From the NCBI GenBank assembly GCA_963665815.1, contig OY762463.1, positions 2,816,001-2,880,000 on the forward strand: DNA of 64,000 nucleotides, written 5' to 3'. A program made the translations under genes and the position numbers. Shown piece by piece: positions 19,321-27,832 of this stretch. A model generated the notes under the pieces. It had not been told where the DNA came from. It did no database searches and worked only from the letters and a program-made list of their open reading frames with translations. This stretch comes from Candidatus Cloacimonadales bacterium (GTDB lineage Bacteria > Cloacimonadota > Cloacimonadia > Cloacimonadales > JAIOQZ01). The first letter of the stretch is position 1. The number at the start of each line of letters is the position of its first letter.

Positions 19321-20007
19321 TTACTGATCAAGTTCCAGTTTGTAACCAACTCCCCTGACATTCTTAATAAATTTACCGGCATCTCCCAATTTTTCTCTGA
19401 GGTTTTTGACGTGTACATCAACAGTTCGGTCGATAACTGCTTTCTCTTTTCCCCAGAGATAATCAAGTATCTTGTCACGACTGAAAACCCAGCCCTGTTT
19501 CTCAATAAATAGTTTGAGAAGCTTGAATTCGGTAGAGGTTAAATCAACTTTTTTGTTTTGTACCCATACTTCATAAGTATTGGTGTTCATTTTGAGATAT
19601 CCGCTGATTCCGATTGTTTCGGATTTATCGACTTTTTTTGTTCTTCTGATAATTGCTTTGACTCTGGCAACCAGTTCACGGGGAGAAAATGGTTTGGTTA
19701 TGTAGTCATCCGCTCCAAGTTCAAGACCTATAATTTTATCCATTTCATCATCTTTTGCTGTGAGCATTATTACAGGTATTGTTTCATATTCACGATGCTT
19801 TCTGATCTCCTTGCAAATATCCATTCCATCTACATCCGGTAGCATAAGATCAAGGACGATTAATGCCGGGATGTCTGTTTTCATAGCTTTCCAGAAGTCA
19901 GGTGCGTTATCAAATGACACAGGAGTGAAGCCGGATTTGTTAAGATTGAGAGCAACGAGGTCAAGAATGTCTTGTTCATCATCAAGAACATATATTAACT
20001 TATTCAA
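19321..20007 (-). CDS. phoB: OmpR/PhoB-family response regulator
   Basis: LDLMLP, GADDYITKPF, RTVDVHVKNLREKL, VRGVGYK; TTG start with AAGGAG SD; adjacent to phoR and pst. Confidence 0.88.
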   Translation of the reverse strand: MNKLIYVLDDEQDILDLVALNLNKSGFTPVSFDNAPDFWKAMKTDIPALIVLDLMLPDVDGMDICKEIRKHREYETIPVIMLTAKDDEMDKIIGLELGADDYITKPFSPRELVARVKAIIRRTKKVDKSETIGISGYLKMNTNTYEVWVQNKKVDLTSTEFKLLKLFIEKQGWVFSRDKILDYLWGKEKAVIDRTVDVHVKNLREKLGDAGKFIKNVRGVGYKLELDQ

Positions 20008-20062
20008 AATATCTCCTTGAGAGCTTCACTTATTGTGAAATCTCTCTGTTAATTTAAATTCA

Positions 20063-20090
20063 TTGACATTATTTAATACCTGGGTGTCAA
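20063..20090. promoter_or_regulatory. Overlapping divergent -35 elements (TTGACA on both strands) for GNAT-pepT and phoB-phoR-sigma
   Basis: TTGACA at 20063-20068 (+) and TGTCAA at 20085-20090 (TTGACA on -). Confidence 0.45.
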
Positions 20091-20146
20091 TTATTTTCTT
20101 ACATGTATCATACAAAATTAAATATGTAATTTTATTGGAGAAAAAT

Positions 20147-20665
20147 GTGAGACTCATTGTTGAAACTGACAGACTTATATTGAGAGAATTATGTAAAAAT
20201 GATCTTGTTGATTTAGCGGAAATTCTTCAGGATCCAATCACAATGAAGTACTACGAGCATGTCTTCACTGATGATGAAGTTCTTGACTGGTACAATAGAC
20301 AGATTGATCGTTACAAGAATGATGGAATTGGTTTATGGGGAGTTATACTCAAAGAGACAGGTAAGATGATTGGACAGATTGGGTTAACAGTGCAATTAGT
20401 AGAAGACACGAAAGAAATTGAAATAGGTTACCTTTTGAATAGGCGTTTCTGGCATAAAGGCTTTGCAATAGAAGCAGCTGCAGCTTGTAAGGATTATGCA
20501 TTTAATGTGCTGAATCTTACCAGAGTTGTCAGTATTATCCGCGACATAAATACCCCATCTCAAAAAGTAGCAGAAAAAAACGGTATGCAGATCGAAAAAG
20601 AGTTTACAAAACATTACTATGGTATGGATATGAAACATGTTTTGTATGTTATAGAGAAACAATAA
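20147..20665 (+). CDS. GNAT-family N-acetyltransferase (RimJ/RimL type)
   Basis: ETDRLILR, EIGY....FWHKGFAIEAA, NTPSQKVAEKNGM; in-frame GTG at 20147 with GGAG SD. Confidence 0.9.
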   Translation: MRLIVETDRLILRELCKNDLVDLAEILQDPITMKYYEHVFTDDEVLDWYNRQIDRYKNDGIGLWGVILKETGKMIGQIGLTVQLVEDTKEIEIGYLLNRRFWHKGFAIEAAAACKDYAFNVLNLTRVVSIIRDINTPSQKVAEKNGMQIEKEFTKHYYGMDMKHVLYVIEKQ

Positions 20666-20688
20666 ATGTCTCATTGAAAGGAGAAGAA

Positions 20689-21912
20689 ATGAATAAAGTT
20701 AAAGAAAGATTCCTTAAATATGTCGGTTTTTCCACACAATCTGACTCAGAAAGCAGTACATGCCCCAGCACTCATGGTCAATTTGTAATGGGAGAATATC
20801 TCGTAAACGAACTGAAAGAGATCGGTCTCAAAGATGTTAAGATAGATGATAACGGCTATGTGACAGCTCTTCTGCCGGCAAACACTAAGAAAGTGATTCA
20901 GACTGTCGGTTTCATTGCTCACATGGATACATCACCTGATATGTCAGGTGAAAATGTTAATCCTCAGATTATCGAAAATTATCAGGGAGATGATATTGTA
21001 CTTAACAAGGAAAACAATATAGTTCTCAGCCCTGCTGAATTTCCTAAACTGAAGAACTATATTGGGAATGATATTATCACAACCGACGGTACTACACTTC
21101 TGGGGGCAGACGATAAAGCAGGTGTTGCAGAAATTGTAACAGCGATGGAGTATCTTATCGCTAATCCGGACATTGAACACGGTGATATAAAAGTTGGTTT
21201 TACTCCTGATGAAGAAATTGGCAGAGGTGCAGACAAGTTTGATGTAGAAGCTTTCAATGCTGATTTCGCATACACTATAGATGGGGGGGAAGTTGGAGAA
21301 CTTGAGTACGAAAACTTTAACGCAGCTTTTGCATCCATTGAGATTCAAGGAAGAAATGTACATCCCGGAACAGCAAAAAATGCCATGATTAACTCTATGG
21401 CTCTGGCTATGGAACTGCATTCTCTTCTGCCTGTGCATCAGGTTCCGGAAGCAACAGAAAACTATGAAGGTTTTTTTCATCTGATTAATTTTGACGGGTC
21501 AGTGGAAAAGACTTCTATAGCCTATATTATCCGTGATCATGATATGGAGAAGTTTGAAGAGAAGAAAGAGCTGATGAAACAAGTTGTTGAATTCATGAAT
21601 AAGAAGTATGCTAACAGATTTGTACTGATTCTCAAAGATTCTTATTACAATATGCGTGAAAAAATCGAACCGGTAATGTATGTGGTTGAACTTGCCAGAA
21701 AATCAATGGAACAGGAAGGCATAAAGCCGCTTATTCATCCTATTCGTGGTGGTACTGACGGAGCAAGATTGTCCTATATGGGGCTTCCAACACCTAACAT
21801 ATTCACAGGTGGACATAACTTCCATGGAAAATTCGAGTACATTCCGATTCAATCTATGGAACAAGCAGTAAAAACAATTATCAGGATAGTACAGAACCTG
21901 ACAAAAATCTAA
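20689..21912 (+). CDS. pepT: Peptidase T (tripeptide aminopeptidase, M20B)
   Basis: AHMDTS, LGADDKAG, FTPDEEIGRG, IRGGTDG, GGHNFHG; AAAGGAG SD before ATG 20689. Confidence 0.96.
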   Translation: MNKVKERFLKYVGFSTQSDSESSTCPSTHGQFVMGEYLVNELKEIGLKDVKIDDNGYVTALLPANTKKVIQTVGFIAHMDTSPDMSGENVNPQIIENYQGDDIVLNKENNIVLSPAEFPKLKNYIGNDIITTDGTTLLGADDKAGVAEIVTAMEYLIANPDIEHGDIKVGFTPDEEIGRGADKFDVEAFNADFAYTIDGGEVGELEYENFNAAFASIEIQGRNVHPGTAKNAMINSMALAMELHSLLPVHQVPEATENYEGFFHLINFDGSVEKTSIAYIIRDHDMEKFEEKKELMKQVVEFMNKKYANRFVLILKDSYYNMREKIEPVMYVVELARKSMEQEGIKPLIHPIRGGTDGARLSYMGLPTPNIFTGGHNFHGKFEYIPIQSMEQAVKTIIRIVQNLTKI

Positions 21913-21938
21913 AAAAAATTATTTCGGTTAAATGCAAT

Positions 21939-21968
21939 AAGAGACGCTTCAATTGGCGTCTCTTTTTT
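21939..21968 (+). terminator. Rho-independent terminator of pepT
   Basis: AAGAGACGC/GCGTCTCTT stem followed by T run. Confidence 0.8.
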
Positions 21969-21980
21969 GAGCAGGATTTA

Positions 21981-22345
21981 TCCGGTGAAGTTATAACGAA
22001 GCCGGAAACCACCCCGTCCCTTTGGGCACCCCTCCACAGGATGGGAATTATGTCCTCTGTTTGCTGTTAATCTATTTTTGCTCTGCCCAAATCGCTTAGA
22101 GACAACCGGACGTTTGTCTTAAATATCGGAGTATGTCGACTATGTCGATTTCGCATTGACACAGTCAATGCACTCCAAAAATAGCTCATAGATCCAGTTA
22201 AGCCCACCGTTGCGAAGGTACTGTGACCATTGCAAGGTTTTGGGATAATTACGAAGGGCATTACATTGATATCGCGAAGCGTTATTAAGTTCTCCTCTAT
22301 AAATGAGTACGTTTCGTAATAATGGCGTGGGATTCTGGTAGATCC
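21981..22345. repeat. Cluster of nested palindromes, REP/REPIN-like or structured RNA
   Basis: GCATTGAC-ACA-GTCAATGC, TCGAC-TAT-GTCGA, GGAGT/ACTCC, CTATTTTTG/CAAAAATAG, long 22194-22222/22306-22338 pairing, and ACCACCCCGTCCC..CACCCCTCC..GGGAAT unit. Confidence 0.5.
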
Positions 22346-22373
22346 GGGAAAGGCATTAATATATGTAAAATTA

Positions 22374-22739
22374 TTAGAGTAGTAAAAAATGGCGTGGGTA
22401 ATTCTCTTTCAGGGTGGATTTGAGTATTTTAAACTGCTGGTTGAGATCTGAATATTTCTGCTTATAGTCGTTACTGTTATGGCTTTTACTTGCTGCTTCA
22501 AGTTCATGGGCAGCTTTCCTGAGTGAGGGTAAGGATAAATTGGCTGAAGAACCTTTAATACTGTGGCTCATTACTCTAATGATGTGGTGGTCGGATTCAC
22601 GAATTGCATCGTTAATATCAGACAGCAAACCTTCAGTATATTCTATGAACTCATTAAGAAGTTCAAAATAGTCATTGTAACTTCCAATAAGCTCAATGCT
22701 TTTTTCAGGTATTATAATTTCTTTAATATCTTTCTCCAT
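22374..22739 (-). CDS. Stand-alone Hpt (histidine phosphotransfer) protein
   Basis: SHSIKGSSANL motif, 121 aa. Confidence 0.85.
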   Translation of the reverse strand: MEKDIKEIIIPEKSIELIGSYNDYFELLNEFIEYTEGLLSDINDAIRESDHHIIRVMSHSIKGSSANLSLPSLRKAAHELEAASKSHNSNDYKQKYSDLNQQFKILKSTLKENYPRHFLLL

Positions 22740-22748
22740 ACTTATCCA

Positions 22749-23939
22749 CTATTTATAAAGACTTTTACAATACTTACGTATAATAAGTACATTTGTCAAC
22801 CAAATAACTGATAATATTACAAGTGAAGACAAAATGGATGTAAGGAGATTAACATTAGAGGTTGTGAATCCTGAATTTTCCAGTAAAGAATTAAGGCCTG
22901 AAACAGCTAGTATCTGAGTGGTAATAATTATCATAATCAAAGAGATAATAACTCTTGAGAAGTCTTTAATGAATATCCCTGATATTTTCCTTGTATTATT
23001 CCCAAGTAAATACAAAGTTTCTATTTCCGGCTGTGAACTGAGAATTTTCAGAAACGAATTGGTGTAGAATACAAGAAACGAGAGAATCACGAAAAGAAGT
23101 CCAGCCCCTGCAAGGATATTAAGTGCAAGTATAAGAGTTCTACGATATCTGTAGTTGAATGAATTTGAGTTTAGTATCTTCAGGTTATTACGACTGATAT
23201 AATCCAGGAGTTTATCATTATCTTTTTCTGATTTGACTATCAGCTTTCTGAATGCTGTAGAGCTATCTCCATACATATCATTCATTTTCTCAAGAAATCC
23301 ATATGGAACAAGTATTGTGCTTATTCGCTGAGATACACCTTCTACTCTGGCTTTAAATTCCTTAGAACCTGATTTCCCTGAAACATAGAGATTAAGAGGA
23401 ATTGTATTAACAACTTCCGGAGTTATTCTCGGAAGTCCTCTCGAGGGAGCAAAACCGAAATTATACAATGCCAGAAAATCGGCAGATATTATCAATGGAA
23501 CAGTTTCGGAATCTTCATTCCATTCGAAGTTCTTTACATCAAAGTCCAGAAACTTATCCGGTACTGCTTCCAGAAAGATCTCTGAGTGATAATTTGAGTG
23601 CCTGAACAGGAAATTCGTAGATGCTGAAGCACTGAAATGATTACTCAAAAATCCTGATACATCCTCAATACCTGCTATTGCTTTTACTCCATTCAATTCT
23701 TCATCTGAGAATCTGAGCTTTGCATCGGAAATACCGGGTTCAACTGTCTTTGATATAATCAGATAGTCTTTCTGAGAGTCCACATTTGATACAGGAGAAA
23801 AAAATTGAAGTGCAAAATAAACTGTAAGTGAATATAGTAATACACCAAGAATAAGTCCGATTGAAGACACGATCAGTTTCAGATCAGGTTTATCTGTTTT
23901 ACAGGCCTTTTTCAGAAGTTTTGGTTTGTTTTTACTCAT
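22749..23939 (-). CDS. FtsX/MacB-like ABC transporter permease
   Basis: One N-terminal TM, large extracytoplasmic domain (LALYNFGFAPSRGLP), three C-terminal TMs; coupled to ABC ATPase. Confidence 0.75.
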   Translation of the reverse strand: MSKNKPKLLKKACKTDKPDLKLIVSSIGLILGVLLYSLTVYFALQFFSPVSNVDSQKDYLIISKTVEPGISDAKLRFSDEELNGVKAIAGIEDVSGFLSNHFSASASTNFLFRHSNYHSEIFLEAVPDKFLDFDVKNFEWNEDSETVPLIISADFLALYNFGFAPSRGLPRITPEVVNTIPLNLYVSGKSGSKEFKARVEGVSQRISTILVPYGFLEKMNDMYGDSSTAFRKLIVKSEKDNDKLLDYISRNNLKILNSNSFNYRYRRTLILALNILAGAGLLFVILSFLVFYTNSFLKILSSQPEIETLYLLGNNTRKISGIFIKDFSRVIISLIMIIITTQILAVSGLNSLLENSGFTTSNVNLLTSILSSLVILSVIWLTNVLIIRKYCKSLYK

Positions 23940-24559
23940 AAGATGTAATTTGTCAGATTTTTCAGTATGTGATTTTCGCTGCCGAGAGAAGTGATTATCA
24001 GTCCGGCATTATTTGATTTCACCCTTTCCATTATCAGTGATGCAGCTTTTTGAGCGTTACTATCATCAATATGACTGAATGGTTCGTCCAACAGCAGCAT
24101 TGTAAATGGTTTACATATAGCTCTGATAATAGCTGTTCTCTGTTTTTGTCCCCAGGAGAGCTGATTAACAGGTTTATCTTTATGCTCAAGGATATCAAGA
24201 ATTCTTAGAAAATCATCAATCTCAGTCTCTTCTTCTGATGAATTCAGTTGAATATTCTCCATAACACTTAAATGGTTAACAAGCTTTAAGTCCTGAAACA
24301 CAATGGAAAATTCTTTTGCTCTGAGTTCGGAAAGTTCATTGGTGTTGAGTGTCTTAATGTCTTTGTCATCAATTTCCACGCTACCGGAATAATCTGTTCT
24401 ATATCCGTAAATATTGTGGATGAAAGTTGATTTACCTTTGCCTGATCCGGCAGTCACTCTGTAGTATTGTCCGGATTGAAAAAGAGTATCCGATCCCCAT
24501 ATCTCAGAGGATTCGGATACTTTAAATTGTGGTTTGAGATTGTTAACTCTAATTTTCAT
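23936..24559 (-). CDS. ABC transporter ATP-binding protein (atypical motifs)
   Basis: AGSGKGKST, IVFQDL, LSWGQKQR, LLDEPFSHID; start likely 24559. Confidence 0.88.
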   Translation of the reverse strand: MKIRVNNLKPQFKVSESSEIWGSDTLFQSGQYYRVTAGSGKGKSTFIHNIYGYRTDYSGSVEIDDKDIKTLNTNELSELRAKEFSIVFQDLKLVNHLSVMENIQLNSSEEETEIDDFLRILDILEHKDKPVNQLSWGQKQRTAIIRAICKPFTMLLLDEPFSHIDDSNAQKAASLIMERVKSNNAGLIITSLGSENHILKNLTNYIL

Positions 24560-26153
24560 TAGCAGCTTGAGCAATTCCTTTTATAATTGGAGTAATTATA
24601 TTGAATAATTCTTCTTTAGAATCTGCATCTTTGTTTTTGAATTGCAAAATCCCTTCTGCATGATCAATGTTTGAGCTGCTTTCAATATAATCAAACTTAT
24701 TTATTCCGTTTCTTACAATGTAGAGTAAATCTGACTCTTCCTGACTCAGTTTAGCCATTGCAGATGCAAGATCAAGTATCTCAGGAATACCATCAAATGA
24801 AAAATGAACATAAAAATTCTTATTTTTAGCTGCATCTTTATAATATCCGGTTTTAGAGCTATCGAATTTTTCATTTCCTGCTATTCCAGCAATAGTTTTA
24901 GGATTGCTGCTGAATCCGATATAATTATCTGTTATGGCAATTTCACCAAAATCAAGAGCATAAGTTCCGCGAGATGTTTTCAGATTAACAAGCTGGGCTT
25001 TGACGATTTCATTTTCCAGAATACTCTTATCTTTTATTTTGGCAATTACAGACACTGCTGGATTGCTGATATTGTTTCCTAGGGAGATTGCAAAATCACC
25101 TTCGAAAAGGGCAAGAACACTTGCAAAAGGTATGCCCATTGCTGACAACATTTGCTCACCCTGAGTAATCTGAGAACCAAGTTGTGGATCTGTTTTTACA
25201 AATTCCAGTATTGTTGTGAAGAATGACTCAAAGTCAAAAGAGAACATTGTAAACATAATACCATCATGTGGAATATGTTCAATCATGTTTGTATCAATAT
25301 TCTTATAAAAACCCTTCATGAAGTTAAGGATTGTTTTCTTTGCACTGGAATTATAATATGCATCAGCGGTAGAAACAATTTTACCTTTTTCAAAGCTGAC
25401 TACTGTATGAGAATACATCTCTGAACCGGCAATCTTTTCAATTAAACCATCGAAAATTTCAAAGTTCATTACACTGGCTGCTGCAGGATACTGTTTCAGA
25501 TCTTCGAGCATTACTTTAAAATCTTCAGCTTTTGTAACAACCCAGAAACCTGCATCTTTACCTTTAACAAGATATTCAACAAGATTTTTATTGCTCAACA
25601 TTTTACCTGTTCTGTTAAATTTGTTATCAATATCAGATGGTGTAAGGTTCTGTGATATGGATATCAATAAATCACTTGTATCCCAGGCAATTTTAAGTAT
25701 ATCCTTTTCCAGAACAGTACATCTCATAAGCTTATTCTTTGCCATGTCACCAATGAATGGATCAATAAATCCTTCGAACTTTTTACTGTCTTTGAGTGGT
25801 ATAACCAGTTCCACAGTTGCATCAATTTGTCCGGCTTGAATTTTCTTTACATCTACTTGTCTTTGATTTGATGCTAAAATAAGATGTTTGCTTTCATCAA
25901 TTCCAAGAGCCGCAAGATTACTGATTTTTATATCAGGAGCTCCATCAAATGCTGATAATGCTGTTCCAATAATAGTTGATATCAGATCAGGATCGATTTC
26001 TGCAATAATTCTTGTGTTATCATCAAGAAGTTTTACTGAAGATTCATTAACCTGTATTTCACCCTTTGCTGTTTGTTTAAATACGAAATTATACACTGCA
26101 AATCCTGCTGCAGCAACGATTAAAATAATTAAAATAATTCTCAGGGCTTTCAT
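24549..26153 (-). CDS. Membrane-anchored exported protein, DUF4836-like
   Basis: N-terminal TM anchor; LGID motif; same gene order (DUF4836-like, ATPase, permease) as recalled for Bacteroidota; family call tentative. Confidence 0.5.
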   Translation of the reverse strand: MKALRIILIILIVAAAGFAVYNFVFKQTAKGEIQVNESSVKLLDDNTRIIAEIDPDLISTIIGTALSAFDGAPDIKISNLAALGIDESKHLILASNQRQVDVKKIQAGQIDATVELVIPLKDSKKFEGFIDPFIGDMAKNKLMRCTVLEKDILKIAWDTSDLLISISQNLTPSDIDNKFNRTGKMLSNKNLVEYLVKGKDAGFWVVTKAEDFKVMLEDLKQYPAAASVMNFEIFDGLIEKIAGSEMYSHTVVSFEKGKIVSTADAYYNSSAKKTILNFMKGFYKNIDTNMIEHIPHDGIMFTMFSFDFESFFTTILEFVKTDPQLGSQITQGEQMLSAMGIPFASVLALFEGDFAISLGNNISNPAVSVIAKIKDKSILENEIVKAQLVNLKTSRGTYALDFGEIAITDNYIGFSSNPKTIAGIAGNEKFDSSKTGYYKDAAKNKNFYVHFSFDGIPEILDLASAMAKLSQEESDLLYIVRNGINKFDYIESSSNIDHAEGILQFKNKDADSKEELFNIITPIIKGIAQAANEN

Positions 26154-26161
26154 AGTCCCTC

Positions 26162-27214
26162 CTATATCAGTTTTTCGTTTGTTTCTTTGAGTGTGTTTAC
26201 TACAGTTTTAACTTCTTCAGATCTTTCTACATTGGAGACAAGTATTGCATCCGGTGTCTCAACAATAACAAGGTTTTCAACTCCTATCAAGGCTACGTGT
26301 TTATCTGACTTAACATAATTGCTTTTACTGTCAATTACAGTTGCATCGCATTTTAAAACATTATCTTTGCCATCTTTATCTGAGATCTCATAAAGAGCTT
26401 TCCATCCCCCGACATCACTCCAGTCATAATCTACAGGGATTACTACTCTGTTGTCAACTTGTTCCATAATGCCGATATCAATAGGTATCTTGGGCATAGA
26501 ATCATAAAATGATGAAATGTCTGCTGAGTATCCTTCTTTATCCCATTTATTCTGGATATTCTCAAGAAGCTCGGAAACTTTAGGCAGGCAGTTTTTAAAA
26601 GAATTCAGGATTGTGGAAATTTTCCAGACGAACATACCACTGTTCCAGAAGTAATTACCTTGATTCAGGAATGCCTCGGCAGTTTCAAGATCAGGTTTTT
26701 CCTTAAACTGTGATACATTCATTGCATGTTCGTTCAACTTATCTGAAGCTTCAATATATCCATATCCAGTTGCCGGGTATGTCGGCATAATACCGAATGT
26801 AACATGACTTTCATTTTTCGTGAATTCAGATGCATAACTTAGGTATCTGTTGAACTCATCTACTTGAGTTATCACATGATCGGCAGGAAGCACAAACATC
26901 TCTTCATCTGCATCACAGAAGTTTTTGAGGTATTGCGCAGAAAGTGCAATGCAGGGAGCAGTGTTTCTGCCAAAAGGTTCAATAATAATGTTCCTGGCAG
27001 GCATATCAGGAAGGTGCTCCTGTACAATAGGTGCCTGATCTGCTGAAGTAACTACATATATTTTTTCGATAGGGATCTTTTCCAGAAGACGATCTGCAGT
27101 CATCTGAATCATACTTCTATCGGATATTATGTTAAGGTATTGTTTTGGGTGAGATCTTCTGCTTAACGGCCAGAACCTGGTTCCGGAACCTCCAGCCATA
27201 ATTAGTGCTATCAT
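26162..27214 (-). CDS. manC: Mannose-1-phosphate guanylyltransferase
   Basis: MAGGSGTRFWPLSR..PKQ, EPFGRNTAP, PADH, FKEKPD, WNSGMF, WSDVG. Confidence 0.93.
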   Translation of the reverse strand: MIALIMAGGSGTRFWPLSRRSHPKQYLNIISDRSMIQMTADRLLEKIPIEKIYVVTSADQAPIVQEHLPDMPARNIIIEPFGRNTAPCIALSAQYLKNFCDADEEMFVLPADHVITQVDEFNRYLSYASEFTKNESHVTFGIMPTYPATGYGYIEASDKLNEHAMNVSQFKEKPDLETAEAFLNQGNYFWNSGMFVWKISTILNSFKNCLPKVSELLENIQNKWDKEGYSADISSFYDSMPKIPIDIGIMEQVDNRVVIPVDYDWSDVGGWKALYEISDKDGKDNVLKCDATVIDSKSNYVKSDKHVALIGVENLVIVETPDAILVSNVERSEEVKTVVNTLKETNEKLI

Positions 27215-27226
27215 TATGTCTCCTCT

Positions 27227-27832
27227 TTATTGTTGAATCTCAGGTTTATTGAAATGAAAATCCTTATCTGAGATCTTTATATTAGTTTTTATGTTTTCAA
27301 ATTTGTAGGTTACAAAGTTATTCTCTGTGTCTTTATATGTGATCTCGTCGATCAGATAAGATTTTTTGTTAATTTTTGCTGTAATCAGAACAATACTGTC
27401 ATTAACAGGCTTAAGCTCAATAGTATATTGATTGTCATTGGCCTCTTTAAGCTCCTTTGAGCTATTACCTGAATAGTGTTGTACTACAGAGTACGGTCTG
27501 AATGTTTCCAGTTCAGTATCAATTTCTTTTTCGATATATTGCTGAGCTGAAGGAATATAGATGAATATTGAATCTGATGTTACAAATAGTATTTCTCCTT
27601 CCGGATCGGAATAATTAAGCAGGAGTTTATCGTCGTTGTATGTCATTACTCCGCCTGAAGTTTTTTCAATATCTATTTCTTCCCAGTAGTTCTCCTGAGT
27701 AAAATCGGATCTGAATGTTTTTACTGAATTATATCTATTACCTACTTTATCTAATATTTCATTTACATCTTCTGCCATAAGGAAACTCATAGTCAGAAGC
27801 AGAATAAGAGTAAAAATTCTTTTACCAGCCAT
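27227..27832 (-). CDS. lolA: Outer-membrane lipoprotein carrier LolA-family protein
   Basis: Signal peptide from ATG 27832, DFTQ...G, C-terminal F.F.P; directly downstream of ftsK (conserved ftsK-lolA synteny). Confidence 0.75.
   Translation of the reverse strand: MAGKRIFTLILLLTMSFLMAEDVNEILDKVGNRYNSVKTFRSDFTQENYWEEIDIEKTSGGVMTYNDDKLLLNYSDPEGEILFVTSDSIFIYIPSAQQYIEKEIDTELETFRPYSVVQHYSGNSSKELKEANDNQYTIELKPVNDSIVLITAKINKKSYLIDEITYKDTENNFVTYKFENIKTNIKISDKDFHFNKPEIQQ

Noticed and set aside
22067-22288. 64-aa - strand ORF and a 21-codon + strand ORF (VTIARFWDNYEGHYIDIAKRY) in the palindromic spacer
   Set aside because: No recognisable motif or hydrophobic toxin character; better explained by repeat/RNA structure
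22321-22398. 11-bp direct repeat AATGGCGTGGG
   Set aside because: Only two copies, one inside the Hpt gene end; not distinguishable from chance
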